Positions 38,455 through 50,180 of a DNA stretch of 64,000 bases are shown here, one piece after another. The first letter of the stretch is position 1; every line of letters starts with the position of its first letter. Source of the stretch: Mobula birostris (lineage: Eukaryota). The notes beneath the pieces are model-generated. The model ran no database searches. It was not told the origin of the DNA and saw only the letters and a program-made list of their open reading frames with translations. The stretch is from assembly GCF_030028105.1 (NCBI RefSeq), contig NC_092387.1, forward strand, positions 8,399,305 through 8,463,304, given 5' to 3'. Made by a program: the position numbers and the translations under genes.

Positions 38455-39480
38455 CGTGCACTTGGGGTACATTTGAAAGGGAGACCTGCTTGCCCATGGG
38501 GATGTTCCCAAGTGGTTAACGGCCAGTCATGTGATTTTTAAATTAATCATGGCTGTTCTATAGGAAACAAAACCACCAGTCTGCATTCAGCGAGATCCCA
38601 CCGCAGCAGCAGCATGGTAGTGAGCAGGCTATTTGTTAGTGATATTGTGTAAGGGGTAGAATTTCAGGACACCAATGAAAACCACTATGGGATTGTAATG
38701 ATGGAGCTTTATTTAGGTCTCATTAGAAGGACTACCTGTGTGCCATAGACGTTTGGACCCACAGCAGCCTTGATTAGGAGTTCTAATGCACAAAGGCATC
38801 ATGGAGTGACTGCTGTTTCTTCCCGATTCCCCCACTGGAGCAGCTGTCCACTCAGTTGTGACCAGCTCCATAGTCGAGTTGAATGGACGGACATTTTGTC
38901 ACAGGTGCCTGGTCAGGACAGACCCAATTAAAAGGATGGCCCCCACGAGGATGGATCTGTGGGGCTCAGCCCTATTCTGGGAATGATTGCACTGATTGAG
39001 ATGGCGGGAGTTTGAACTGGCAAAGCAACAAAGGTGCTGGGTATAAGGTGTGGAGACTTGGGTAATGATATTGTGTGCTGTTTTCACTGTGAACAACTGC
39101 CTCACCCTGCACGTATCTGTAAGCAAGATCGTCTGCAATAAAACCCCTTGAAATGTTTCTGCTAATGTTCTCAGGTGAGTGTAATAAACTGAAATGAAAA
39201 CCAATTCTTCAACAGTGTGGGCTCGTATTGTACAGGTTCTGTCAGAGAGGAGTTAGAGGAAAAAAGTTGTACTGTCTTGTGCTGTTCTCTCCCGTAAGCA
39301 GGTCGCCGGACTCTGCTGGAGCAAACTGGAAGGTACATGGAGTTGGTGTTTGAAATACCAGGCGGTTTATTAAAAACTGGTCTGCAACAGGAGACCAGTC
39401 AAAGCTGCTGTTACCTTAGCATGAACTTGGCATAGCTTTTACACTCTCATCTGACGAGTAAAACTACATTTTGATAACAA

Positions 39481-40498
39481 ACACAAAATACTCTGCAGAT
39501 GCTGGGATCAAAGCAACACTCACAACACGCTGGAGGAACTCAGCAGGTTGGGCAGCATCCATGGAAAAGATCGCTCGACGTTTCAGGCTGGACCCCTTCG
39601 TCAGGACTGAAGAGGGAAGGGGCAGAGGCCCTGTAAAGAAGGTGGGGGGAGGGTGGGAAGGAGAAGGCTGGTAGGTTCCAGGTGAAAAACCAGTAAGGGG
39701 AAGGATAAAGGGGTGGGGGAGGGGAGGCAGGGAGGTGATAGGTAGGAAAGGTGAAGAAGGAATAGGGGAAAACACAATGGGTAGTAGAAGGAGATGGAAC
39801 CAAGAGGGAGGTGATAGGCAGCTGGGGGAGGCGGCAGAGTGAAATAGGGATAGGGGAAGGGAATTACCAGAAGTTGGAGAATTCTATGTTCATACCAAGG
39901 GGCTGGAGACTACCTAGACGGTATATGAGGTGTTGCTCCTCCAACCTGAGTTTAGCCTCATCATGGCAGTAAAGGAGGCCATGTATGGACATATCCGAAT
40001 GGGAATGGGAAGCAGAGTTGAAGTGGGTGGCAACTGGGAGATCCTGCCTGTTGTGGACAGAGTGGAGGTGCTCTGCGTCCGGTTTCACCGATGTAGAGGA
40101 GGCCGCACCGGGAGCACTGGATGCAATAGATGACCCCAACAGACTCACAAGTGAAGTGTTGCCTCACCTGGAAGGACTGTTTGGGGCCCTGAATGGTGGC
40201 AAGACAGGAGGTGTAGGGACAGGTGTAGCACTTGCGCTTACAGGGATAAGTGCCGGGTGGGAGATCCGTGGGGATCAGGGAGTCGCGGAGGGACCAAGCC
40301 CTGCGGAAAGTGGAGAGGGAAAGATGTGCTTAGTGGTGGGGTCCTGTTGAAGGTGGTGGAAGTTGGAGAGGATAATGTGCTGGATCCGGAGGCTGATGGG
40401 GTGGTAGGTGAGGATAAGGGGAACTCTACCCCTGTTGTGGTGGCGGGAGGACGGGGTGAGGGCCAAAGTGCGGGAAATGGAGAAGATGCAGGTGAGGG
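39481..40498 (-). mobile_element. 5'-truncated Penelope-like element (RT C-terminus, GIY-YIG endonuclease, pLTR)
   Basis: FTCESVGVIYCIQCSRCGLLYIGETGRR...EH...PVATHFNS...EQHLIYRLGSLQPLGMN (GIY-YIG); RVPLILTYHP; hammerhead core at 39577-39609; perfect 12-bp TSD ttttgataacaa at 39469-39480 and 40499-40510. Confidence 0.9.
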
Positions 40499-41311
40499 TT
40501 TTGATAACAATGCGGCTACAGGAAGACTTAATTCAGTAATAGACTAGATCCTGATTGCAGAATAAAATGATTGCCTACAGATCTAACAGTAAATCCAGTT
40601 TTCTCATACAGAATGGGTGCAAAATGAACAAAACCCCTGAGCCTTAGAAGTCATCAGTGCTGCATCCCATGTCTCCATTTCCAGGCTTTGTCTGTGGTTC
40701 CGTGTTACCACATTAGCACAATCCACATCCCCATTTACTGGTTACTAACTCTCACTATTTTTTCCTCTACAACAGGCTCCCACACTTCCTGCTGCTTTTG
40801 TGGCTTGGGTGAGACAGTGAGCCATGTTTAGTTGGAATGAGGCTGCAACTGCAGTTTGGATATTTGCTCCTAATCTGTGCAGATGGGGGCAAGTCAGTCC
40901 AGTGACCTCCATGTTGGTATTCCCCTGGGTAACAATGTTGAGGGGTCTGTCCAAGCCAAGTTTCTGTTCGTGTCCAGGTGTCCCTGGAGAGGGAGAAGGT
41001 GGGCTCATTGGATCTCTTCCATGCCCAATGCACATGGACAGTTGGGTTAGTGTTAATAAAAAAGAGATTCTGCAGATGGAATTTCAGAGAAACACACACA
41101 CAAAATACTGGAGGAACTCAGCAAGGCAGGCAGCATCTATGGAGAGGAATAAACAGTTGACATTTCAGGCCAAGACCCTCCAATTTGTGGAATGTGTATA
41201 GGAGATGGCAATGGGACTTGCAGTAGTTGAACAGAACGGGTGGGTTGGAACAGGGACACTAGGGTGTCGGATATCCAGTTTATGGAGTGCAGAACAGGTG
41301 AGGGTGGCCAG

Positions 41312-41436
41312 CAACAGGAATACTGCAGATGCTGGAAATTCAAGCAACACACATAAAAGTTGCTGGTGAACGCAGCAGGCCAGGCGGCATCTCTAGGAAG
41401 AGGTATAGTCGACGTTTCAGGCTGAGACCCTTCGTC
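41312..41436 (-). mobile_element. Penelope pLTR fragment with hammerhead core
   Basis: Minus strand CTGACGA-AGGGTCTCAGCCT-GAAA-CGTC-GACT; flanking direct repeat agggtggccag (41301-41311 and 41437-41447). Confidence 0.75.
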
Positions 41437-41786
41437 AGGGTGGCCAGGAATGTGCTGGAGCTGCCAGGTTTGGAGGAAGAGGCTCAGATGGGGGTTCAGC
41501 AGCAAATGAGGTATGGGATGTGTTGGGGTTGTCAATGTTAATGTTAGTATGCTTCTTTTTGTGTTATGCATTGACACATGGAGTATCTTTGCAGGTACAA
41601 AATAGCAGATTCAAGTTGCTTGGGAGCAGTACATTGCATAACAGTTAACACGACAGTTTACAGCACCAGCGATCACCAATCAGGGTCAGGGTTCCATTGC
41701 TGCTAATGTCTGTAAGGAGTTTGTACGCTCTCCCCCTGACCATGTGGGTTTCCTCCAGGAGCAAAAGTTTCCTCCTGCATTCCACA

Positions 41787-42339
41787 TGTAACTCTCGGTT
41801 CGGCTAGCGGCTTAATCTAGGGGAAGACAGCCCTTGAGCTGGTGAAACTTAAGAAATCTTGTTTGGGTGGATGCTGTGCAATGTGTTCGCTGTTACAAAT
41901 CAGTACCCTGAAATAACAAACAGTACACAGTATGCGATTAAACAATTGAGCTTTATAACTCTTAATTTGACTATATCATTAGTAAAGAAACAAAAAAAAA
42001 GAAAAGGGCCCGTTTTCATGAAACAGTCCAATGAGCAATGTTGGAGCTCACGGTTCAGTCCACTGGTTCCCCATCGACCTCCTCCGAGTGTAGCCGACCC
42101 TCGGACCCTCACTCCGGTTCTCCCCATCCAGCGGTCTACCAACTCTCTCCATTCATGTCTTCTCTCATCTCTCCGGCAAAAAGACCACAAAATCCCTGCT
42201 CCCAGACCCACAAGAAAAAACAACATCCCTCTCATTGGATTGCCCACATTCCAAAGCCCCGTTATCTCTTGTCATAACCCAAACATTGCTGCTACAGAGA
42301 AACCATTACATTAGCAATGAAACCTTACAGCGCGTTACA
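41787..42339. mobile_element. Solo LTR inserted in a V-SINE
   Basis: TGTAAC...GTTACA ends; 4-bp TSD caca/caaa; splits the SINE motif cattcc|aaagatgtac. Confidence 0.75.
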
Positions 42340-43574
42340 CAAAGATGTACAGTCAGGATCAGAGTTGTGGGCACCCTATTTTGGCACAGGAAGCGTGGCA
42401 ACATTTGCGAGCTGCCTTCAGCACAATCCTCACTGACAAGATTTGAGGCAAACAGCGCACTTCACTGTATGTTTCAATGTACAGGTGATAAAGCTAACCT
42501 TTAACTCTGGCCTGCCATTCAGCAAGTCCATTCCTAATCTGGTCTTGGCCACAGCTCAGTTTCCCTGCCTGCTTCTGCAACTCTCCAAAAGAATAAACAC
42601 AAGAGATGCTGGGATCCAGAGTGGGGCACACAAAATGCTGCAGAAACTCAGCAGGTCAGGACTTGATGAAGGGTCTTGGCCCTCTCCACCGATGCTGCCT
42701 GACCTGCTGAATTCCTCCGGCATATTGTGTGTGTCACTGAAACAGAGAATGTGGGAGATCCTCAGCAGGTCAGACAACAGAAATGGAGAGAGTTAAAATT
42801 TTAGGTTGACTTTTCATCTGAACTGGAAAGTCAGAAATGTTTTAAGTTGTAGAGGATCAGAGAGAGCAATGGGAATTCACCTAGGAGGGTTCTTGAAATA
42901 TTAATATCGTTTCTCTCCAAAGACACTACTCTCAAAGATACTACTTCTCTCCAAAGATGGAGCATCTGCATTTTTTGAATTAACCACCCCGATTTCTCAG
43001 CTCTTTGGAGAATTGGAGTGATTCACGACCCTCACTGCAGAAATATCACCACATCCACGTTTTGATTAGGTGATACATTATCCAAAAATTTTCAAGTTTG
43101 TAGTCACGGGCGCTGGGTATACTGTAAATGTCAATTAAAAGTATCTTTTCGCTGCCGCAACACTAGGTAAATTACATAGACTTAATTAAGCATAATGTAC
43201 ATGTCAAATTGAACAATTTAAAATCATAACTTCACCTACGTTGCCAGCTACTCCCACGGGGGAACATCGGCCTGTTTCAGTAACATTATTTAGCACGGAA
43301 ACAGGCTAGCAGCCTAACCTGTCCAAACAGTCCATGTGAATAGACCTGGTCCTGTTTATGTTTGAACAGAACCACTCTTCTAGACGGGAGTATTTGGCTT
43401 TGCGGCTGCCCAATTTGCCGTCTCTTGTCCCACAAATGCTGAATTGGCCGGGGTGCCGGTTAAGGAACAGAAAGGAAATGTGCTGAGCGACGGTGCGGGA
43501 GTGACAGGCTGGCCGCTCTGCCTTGCGGTTCCCTGCACCGGACAGGATAGCGGATACCACCGGCTCTTTGCTCC

Positions 43575-44234
43575 CCATTGGCTTTTTCGGCGTCAAATTC
43601 CAGAAATCTGGCTTTTCCCCAGTTTGGTTGGCGTCAGAAAATTCATTTGGCTTTTTCCTATGCTAAAATTATCTGCACGAAAATTACATACCATCCTTTT
43701 TCTAAAATATTTTCCTTTAAGAAAAATGTTTTTGGTCAGGTACATTTGGCAATATTTCTGCCGCCAAGAGTCTGGGCAAGAAGGCGCCACACGGGACAGT
43801 CACGTCCGGGTCCAGTTTCTCTCGGACCTCCGAAGTGTTTGGATGTGATTTATAATCATACAAATCCACCGTGAAGTGTACTTTCTATACGTAATAACGT
43901 TTTGTGTTGAACGTTTCGGCTGTTTCAATAAATCATTTGTTATCAACACCCATGGCCAAGTCGTCAAAGAAATGGAAAGCTTCTTACGATAGCAATCGTT
44001 AAGTACAATAGCAAATGGGGAGAAACATTTGTATGAGTCCAAAAAGCTGCTGATGGATCGAAGGCAGCTTATTGTAAATTGTGCCACTGCACCATTGTAC
44101 CAAGAATTAGCAACCTTTCAAATCATGAAAAATCGGAGACACACAGGCGGAGAGCGCCATCAAAAGGCCAGTCATGTCAGACAGACTGCTAGGCAAGATG
44201 GATAAAGTTAAGGCAGCAGAGCTGCAAATCGCTG
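43575..44234 (+). mobile_element. 5' fragment of a hAT transposon (subterminal repeats and BED-finger start) directly upstream of HDDC3
   Basis: Repeated tggctttt subterminal motifs; ATG 43952 MAKSSKKWK...; BED finger YCKLCHC...NHE; 43789-44234 is an inverted copy of 60321-60758. Left boundary approximate. Confidence 0.8.
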
Positions 44235-44251
44235 GCGCTGGGCTGGGCGCC

Positions 44252-44363
44252 ATGGCCTCGGACGTACACCGAATCCTCGATACCGCCGATTTCGCGGCGA
44301 GAAAACACAGAAACCAGCGGCGGAAAGACCCGGAACGAACTCCATACATCAATCACCCTCTGG
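44252..44363 (+). CDS. HDDC3: HDDC3/MESH1 exon 1
   Basis: gccATGG Kozak context; MASDVHRILDTADFAARKHRNQRRKDPERTPYINHPL(G); G|gtaagg donor. Confidence 0.95.
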
Positions 44364-45240
44364 GTAAGGAAAGCGGGGCGGGCTCCGGCCCTTTGCAGAC
44401 TCACGGCTCTCGGCCAATCCAATCTCTAGTCGTCGTTCACCCACTGTGGCTACGCTTCATTTCCTCTTCCCCTTCCTCAAACACGGAGACGAGGCCCCCT
44501 GAGATGAAAATGCGTACATTACTATAGCGCCTGTTTGGAAATCCTGCGATGATTTCCTGGCTAGTCATTGAGTTATACAATACGGAAACAGGTCATTAGG
44601 CCCAATTCGTCCAAGTCAAAGCTATCTGCCATTGAGGCCCAAATCATTTAAAACTTTTTCTAAGCCGTATACTTGTTCAAATTTTCTTTTAAACGTAATT
44701 GCACCTGCTTCAACCACTTCCTCTGCAGCTCGTTTCAGATTCTCGCCACGCAACACCTAATAAAAACTAAAAATATAAACACTTAATAAAAGATGCACTT
44801 TGGGTACCGTTTAACTATTTCTCCTTTAAGCTCTGAAGTTATCCCCCAGCAAGGAAAAAAAGTCCCAGCCCTAAGGAAATTGCTGGAGAAAATTCTTAGG
44901 GATAGGATAGACGAGCATTTGGAAACCCACGGCTTAATTAGGGAGAGCCAGCATGACTTTTTGCATGGCAGGTCGTGCCTTACCAAAAGATTGAGTTTTT
45001 TGACAAGAGAGACGGCCTAGCCCTTGCTTCCCTAACTTTGGGGAAAAGTTCTGTCTGTCTGTATCTTGTTTTACGGCGGTTGGCATCCAGCTTAATGGTG
45101 CATTACCGCCACCCTCTGCTCCAGAATGTGCACTAGACACACATTCTAAATCCCTTCACCCAATCACACACACACACACACAAACCTACACTTCACCCTC
45201 CCATCTTTGACCATCCTAGTATCCTATTCCTGTTTATTCG

Positions 45241-48200
45241 TCATATTCTATAAAAAACCCCTGTACCCCTTAAAAACGCTAAAAATGCCTGGACTTGTGC
45301 TCTCTCACCCATGTCCAGCAACCCTTTTAATGTGAATTCCTGCATCCACAACTCCCTTAATTTATTTCTCATCATCTCTCTCTGTATCCCATACTTCCTG
45401 CAACACAAAACTACATGTTCTACTGACTCCTCTTCCTGACATTCCTCACACAATCCTGTCTGGTGTTTCCCTATCATTTTCAATGTTTTGTTTAATGCAC
45501 AATGCCCCAGCCTTAACCTAGTCTACACAATTTCCTCTCTCCTGTTTCCATTACCTACCCTAGTAACTGCAACACTGTTTTGTATTTGATATAAATGCCT
45601 CCCTTTCCCCTCCCTGTCCCATCTTTCTTGCCACATTCGGTTGACTTTTTCCCAGATTACACGCTTAACCTCTGCTTTACTGATACTAATGTGCATTTCC
45701 ACATTTTCTTTCTTTAATGCCCTCTTTGCCAACTCATCCACCCTCTCATTCCCCTTCACCCCTACATGTGCTGGAACCCATAGAAATTTTACCTGACCGC
45801 CCTGATTTGCAATTCTTGTAACTAACTGAAGGACTTCATAAAGTACATCTTGCCGACTGTTTGTGTGAAAAGACCTTAAACTTGCTAGAACTGAGGATGA
45901 ATCTGAACATATCAATGCTTTGACTTGTCTGGCTTTCTGCACCCATTGCAACGCAACCAATACCGCCAGCATCTCCACTGTAAACACTCCTAACTTATTA
46001 GATGTCCTTCTGCTGATTCCAATTTCTTTTGCTGGTATGACCACCCCAAACCCTGTCACTCCTGTTGCAGGTTCCTTCGCACCATCCGTATAAATGTGAG
46101 TATAATCACTATACTTTTCCATCACATGACAGTTAAATACATTTACCAAATCTGTTTTATATCTTTCTTCCCTTTTTACCTCTAACAAATGCCAGTCTAT
46201 GTCAGGCCATCCAAGCTTCCATGGAGCTACAACCGGATAAACTACTGAAGGACTTATCCGCAGATCAAATACTCCACATTCTTTCGCGATATCATTCCCC
46301 ACCCGACTAAAGGTATCCCTCTGAAACCTCCCATTTTCCCAGCACTCCTGCAACACTCCTTTAGTAGGGTGAGAATCATTGTGCCCCTGCAAGTTAGCCC
46401 AGTAGTTTGCCATCAGTTGCATCCTTCTTAGTTCCAAAGGCATTATTCCCATTTCTACCTGTAGGGCTGACACTGGTGACGTTTTAAAAGCCCCACTGCA
46501 CACTCTCAAGGCCTGAGCCTGAATCACATCCAGTTTCCTTATAAGAGACCTAGCTGCTGATCCATATACTATATTTCCATAATCCAATACAGATCTTACT
46601 AAAGCCACATACATTCTCTTCAAAGCTGAACAACTTGCTCCCCATTCCCTACCAGTCAAACATCTCATCACATTTATTACTTTTTTACATTTCTCCTCAA
46701 CTTTCCTGATATGGTCTGCCCATGTTAATCGTGAATCAAATATAACTCCCAGAAATTTAAATGATGCAACCCTTTCTAATTCAACCCCATACATCCTTAA
46801 CTTCTTCCCTACCTCAAACCTTTTCCTGGTAAAAAATACAGTTTGAGTTTAATCTACTGAAAATCTACATCCCCAATCATAACCCCACTCCACCACTTCA
46901 TCAATTGCTTCTTGTAGTTTCCTGATTATATGGTCCATGTTCCTGCCTCTTTTCCACAAGGCCCCATCATCCGCAAACAGTGACCTACCTATATCCACTG
47001 GTACCTTTGTGAAGACATCATTGATCATAATCATGAAAAGTAATGGGCTAATCACACTACCTTGAGGTGTGCCATTTTCCACTATGTACTGTTTTGATAA
47101 TTCTGATCCAATCCGAACTTGAATTTTTCTACCAAACAAAAAATCTTTAATCCAATTAAAAACTCTCCCACCAACACCCATCTTGTGCAGTTTAATTAAT
47201 AATCCTTCCTTCCACATCATATCAGAGGCTTTTTCAATGTCAAAGAACACTGCCACTACTGACTCTCTATTTGCCTGGATCTTCCTTACTTCAGTCTCTA
47301 ACATAATCACTGAGTCCATGGAATTCCTTCCCTTTCTAAAACCACTCTGATAACTTGCCAGCATTCCTCTTTTCTCAAGCTCATATGATAACCTTTCTGT
47401 TATCATCCTTTCCATTATCTTACATGATGTTAATGCAATTGGTCTGTAGCTAGTGGGTTTTGACAGATCCTTGCCAGGCTTCCTTATTGGAATTACTACT
47501 GCTTCTTTCCATGCACTTGGTAATCTTCCCTCCTCCCACACTCTGTTATAAAAATGCAGCAACTTCAAGAGCGCTCCTTCTCCTAGATTTTTTTAGCATC
47601 ACAGAGCATATCAGATCTTTCCCTGGGGAGGTTGGTCTCGATCTCTTTATTGCTCTCACCATTTCTGCTAATGTAAATGGATCATCAATTATATCATCTG
47701 TTCCTTCCCTCCTGCTTAACACACCTGGGTGTTGGCTCATTATTCTTTCCCTTCTTCAGACAAATTTTCTGAACTGTGTATCAGTACAAATGACTTGGCC
47801 ATGACCTCAGCCTTATCCCTACTGGAGACTGCAGTTTCCTCCTCAGATATCATTACTGGATATTCCCATTCCCTTCTATCTCCTCCCATCCTCTTAATCA
47901 TTCCCCATATCTCTCCCACAGGTGTTGTTCTTCCTACCTTGTCGCAAAAACTCCTCCAACTTGCCCTTTTAGCTTGACGTATAGTTCTTCTCACCACTGC
48001 CTGTGCTTTCTTATATTGAACCAAATGCTGCATATTATGGGTTCTTTTAACTAGCCTGAATGCTCTATTTCTGTTTTTTACAGCCTGACAACATTCCTCT
48101 GTCCACCATGGTACCAGTTTTCTATTCATCCTATTTTTACTCCTAGGTATAGATCCTTCTGCTGCCATGATAATTGCTGAAGTCACCTGACTGTTTAATT

Positions 48201-48999
48201 CATCTACATTTCCAGAAATATCAATCTTTGTCAACCCTTCTTCACTCAACTTCTGGAACTTACCCCAATCAGCTTTTTCAAACACCCACTTTGGGGTTCC
48301 GCCACCTGGTCTTACTTCAACTCTTTCACCCACTGAACACAAAACTGGGTAGTGATCACTGCCTACTGTTGAAGCAGTCCAAACTCCCCAGTTACTAATG
48401 CCAGCCAAGGTATTAGACACTAACGTAATATCTAACACTGACTCAGTTCCTGTTGTTATATCTATCCTTGTGCCGCTACCATCATTCACACACACCAAAT
48501 CCCTTTCTTCCATCAAATCTTCAATTACCTTTCCATTTGGATCTGTAATCTGATCCCCCCATATTGTGCTATGAGCATTGAAATCTGCACACCACACTAC
48601 TTTATGTCTGTTTTGTCCTTGTATCTTTAATAGGCTGTCCAAATCCAACCTTTTACATGGATTGTAGTAGTTAATTATAACCACTCCCTCCCCTCTCTCC
48701 CACACTTCCACCACTATGTATTCCTGATCATCTCCTTTTTCCAGTACCCTATATGGTATACCTTGCTTGATTAACATAGCACAACCCCCTCCTCCCCCTA
48801 GATTTCTATCTTTCCTTATCATTGTATACCCATATACCACAAAGTCTAAAGTTGGTTTCAACCAAGTTTCCTGAATACACACTACATCTGGTTTTACAAC
48901 CATTTCTTTAATAAAGTGCTTGAATTCCTGGCTATTGGCCAGTAAGCTCTTTGCATTCCATTGTAAAAGAATCACCATAATTAGTATTAACCAACACAT
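45241..48999 (-). pseudogene. LINE ORF2 (endonuclease, reverse transcriptase, RNase H), disrupted
   Basis: APE: LQWNAKSL, IQETWLK, DFNAH, SDHYPV. RT: YRPIAL, QSGFRKGR, GTPQGSVISP, FADDGAL. RNase H: IYTDG, EMLAV, SDS, WVPAHVGVKGNERVD. C-terminal CEEC...H...C. About three frameshifts and one stop. Confidence 0.92.
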
Positions 49000-50180
49000 G
49001 ACACTTCCTGGCTTGACTGATTACTGAGGTTCTCCCTCACTTCCTCCCATGTCAGTCCTACTAACCCTAAATGGTTTACTGCTGCTTTTACCACCAGCTG
49101 AATTTTGTCACTTTTTGACTTTACCTCAGCAGTACTATTAATCACTCCTGCAATGAATGTTACTAGAGCCTTTTTGTCTACATAAATCCTGTCATTTGTT
49201 CTTTGTTGCATCTCTCGTATCCCTATTGCTCCCTGTTCATTAGGAACATTATTCTGTTCTCTTGACATTCTTACAGCTTCTGCATAAGTGATCTTTCTTT
49301 TCACTCTTATTTCTTGAATTTTAGTCTCCTGTCTCACAACCTCACACCCACTATATGCAACATTATGAGCTCCTCCACAATTGCAGCATTTTGGTTGAAC
49401 TCCTGTTCCGCACTTTCCACATTCATGATCATCCCCACATCTAGCACATCTCCTCTGCCTTTTACAGTTTTTAGCCACGTGTCCAAACCTTTGACAATTA
49501 TAGCACCTCAGTGGCTTTGGCACATACACCCTTACTGGGTAACTCATGAAACCCAGGAACACCTTCCTTGGCACTCTTTCTTCTTCAAATTCAATCAATA
49601 CAGATTCACTTTCCTTTTTCACTCCCTCCTTTGTTGTTTTAAGTCTTTGAACATTCATTACTTTCCCTCCTTTGATATTCCTCTTTATCTCCTCCATATT
49701 TATACTCATTGGTATCCCCATGATCACTCCTTTACAACCACTGTTTTGTGCTCCCACCTTCCTAGTGTATTCCACCTTGCATTTTCCTATCTCTTTTAGC
49801 TTGAGTGCTTTCTCAAGTTGTTCCTCATTTGCACATCTTACCAATAAGTTGCCATCATTAAGGACTTTTGCAAATACTATTTCCCCTATCTTATTTGTCA
49901 GAGTTGTTGTTAGCACAAACGGGTTAATTTTCTTCATATGTCCCTGAGCCTTCTCATTAAACCTAATTATGACAACACCTCCTCTCTGAGCTTGTTCATC
50001 TTCCTCACTTTCAGAGCTTTCTCCACTATCATTTCTTATTCTTTTATTCCCTTTGTCTTGGTTTTTATTCATCCGACCCCTCACTACCTCCTCATTCCCT
50101 TTATTTTTCCCTTCACAATAATCCACCTCTCCCCAGCTGCCTACCTCTGGTCCCAAGTCTCTATCCCTCTCCTTCTCCAC
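48987..50180 (-). CDS. LINE ORF1, gag-like nucleic-acid-binding protein (397 aa, intact)
   Basis: Three zinc knuckles: CYNCQRFGHVAKNC, CARCGDDHECGKC, CCNCGGAHNVAYSGC. Confidence 0.9.
   Translation of the reverse strand: MEKERDRDLGPEVGSWGEVDYCEGKNKGNEEVVRGRMNKNQDKGNKRIRNDSGESSESEEDEQAQRGGVVIIRFNEKAQGHMKKINPFVLTTTLTNKIGEIVFAKVLNDGNLLVRCANEEQLEKALKLKEIGKCKVEYTRKVGAQNSGCKGVIMGIPMSINMEEIKRNIKGGKVMNVQRLKTTKEGVKKESESVLIEFEEERVPRKVFLGFMSYPVRVYVPKPLRCYNCQRFGHVAKNCKRQRRCARCGDDHECGKCGTGVQPKCCNCGGAHNVAYSGCEVVRQETKIQEIRVKRKITYAEAVRMSREQNNVPNEQGAIGIREMQQRTNDRIYVDKKALVTFIAGVINSTAEVKSKSDKIQLVVKAAVNHLGLVGLTWEEVRENLSNQSSQEVSCVG

Noticed and set aside
39445-39470. CTGACGAG...AAAAC as an additional hammerhead
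   Set aside because: No GAAA core or stem pairing.
43376-43383. tcttctag as the partner TSD of the hAT under the inversion model
   Set aside because: One mismatch, not followed by a TIR, and about 190 bp from the apparent left end.
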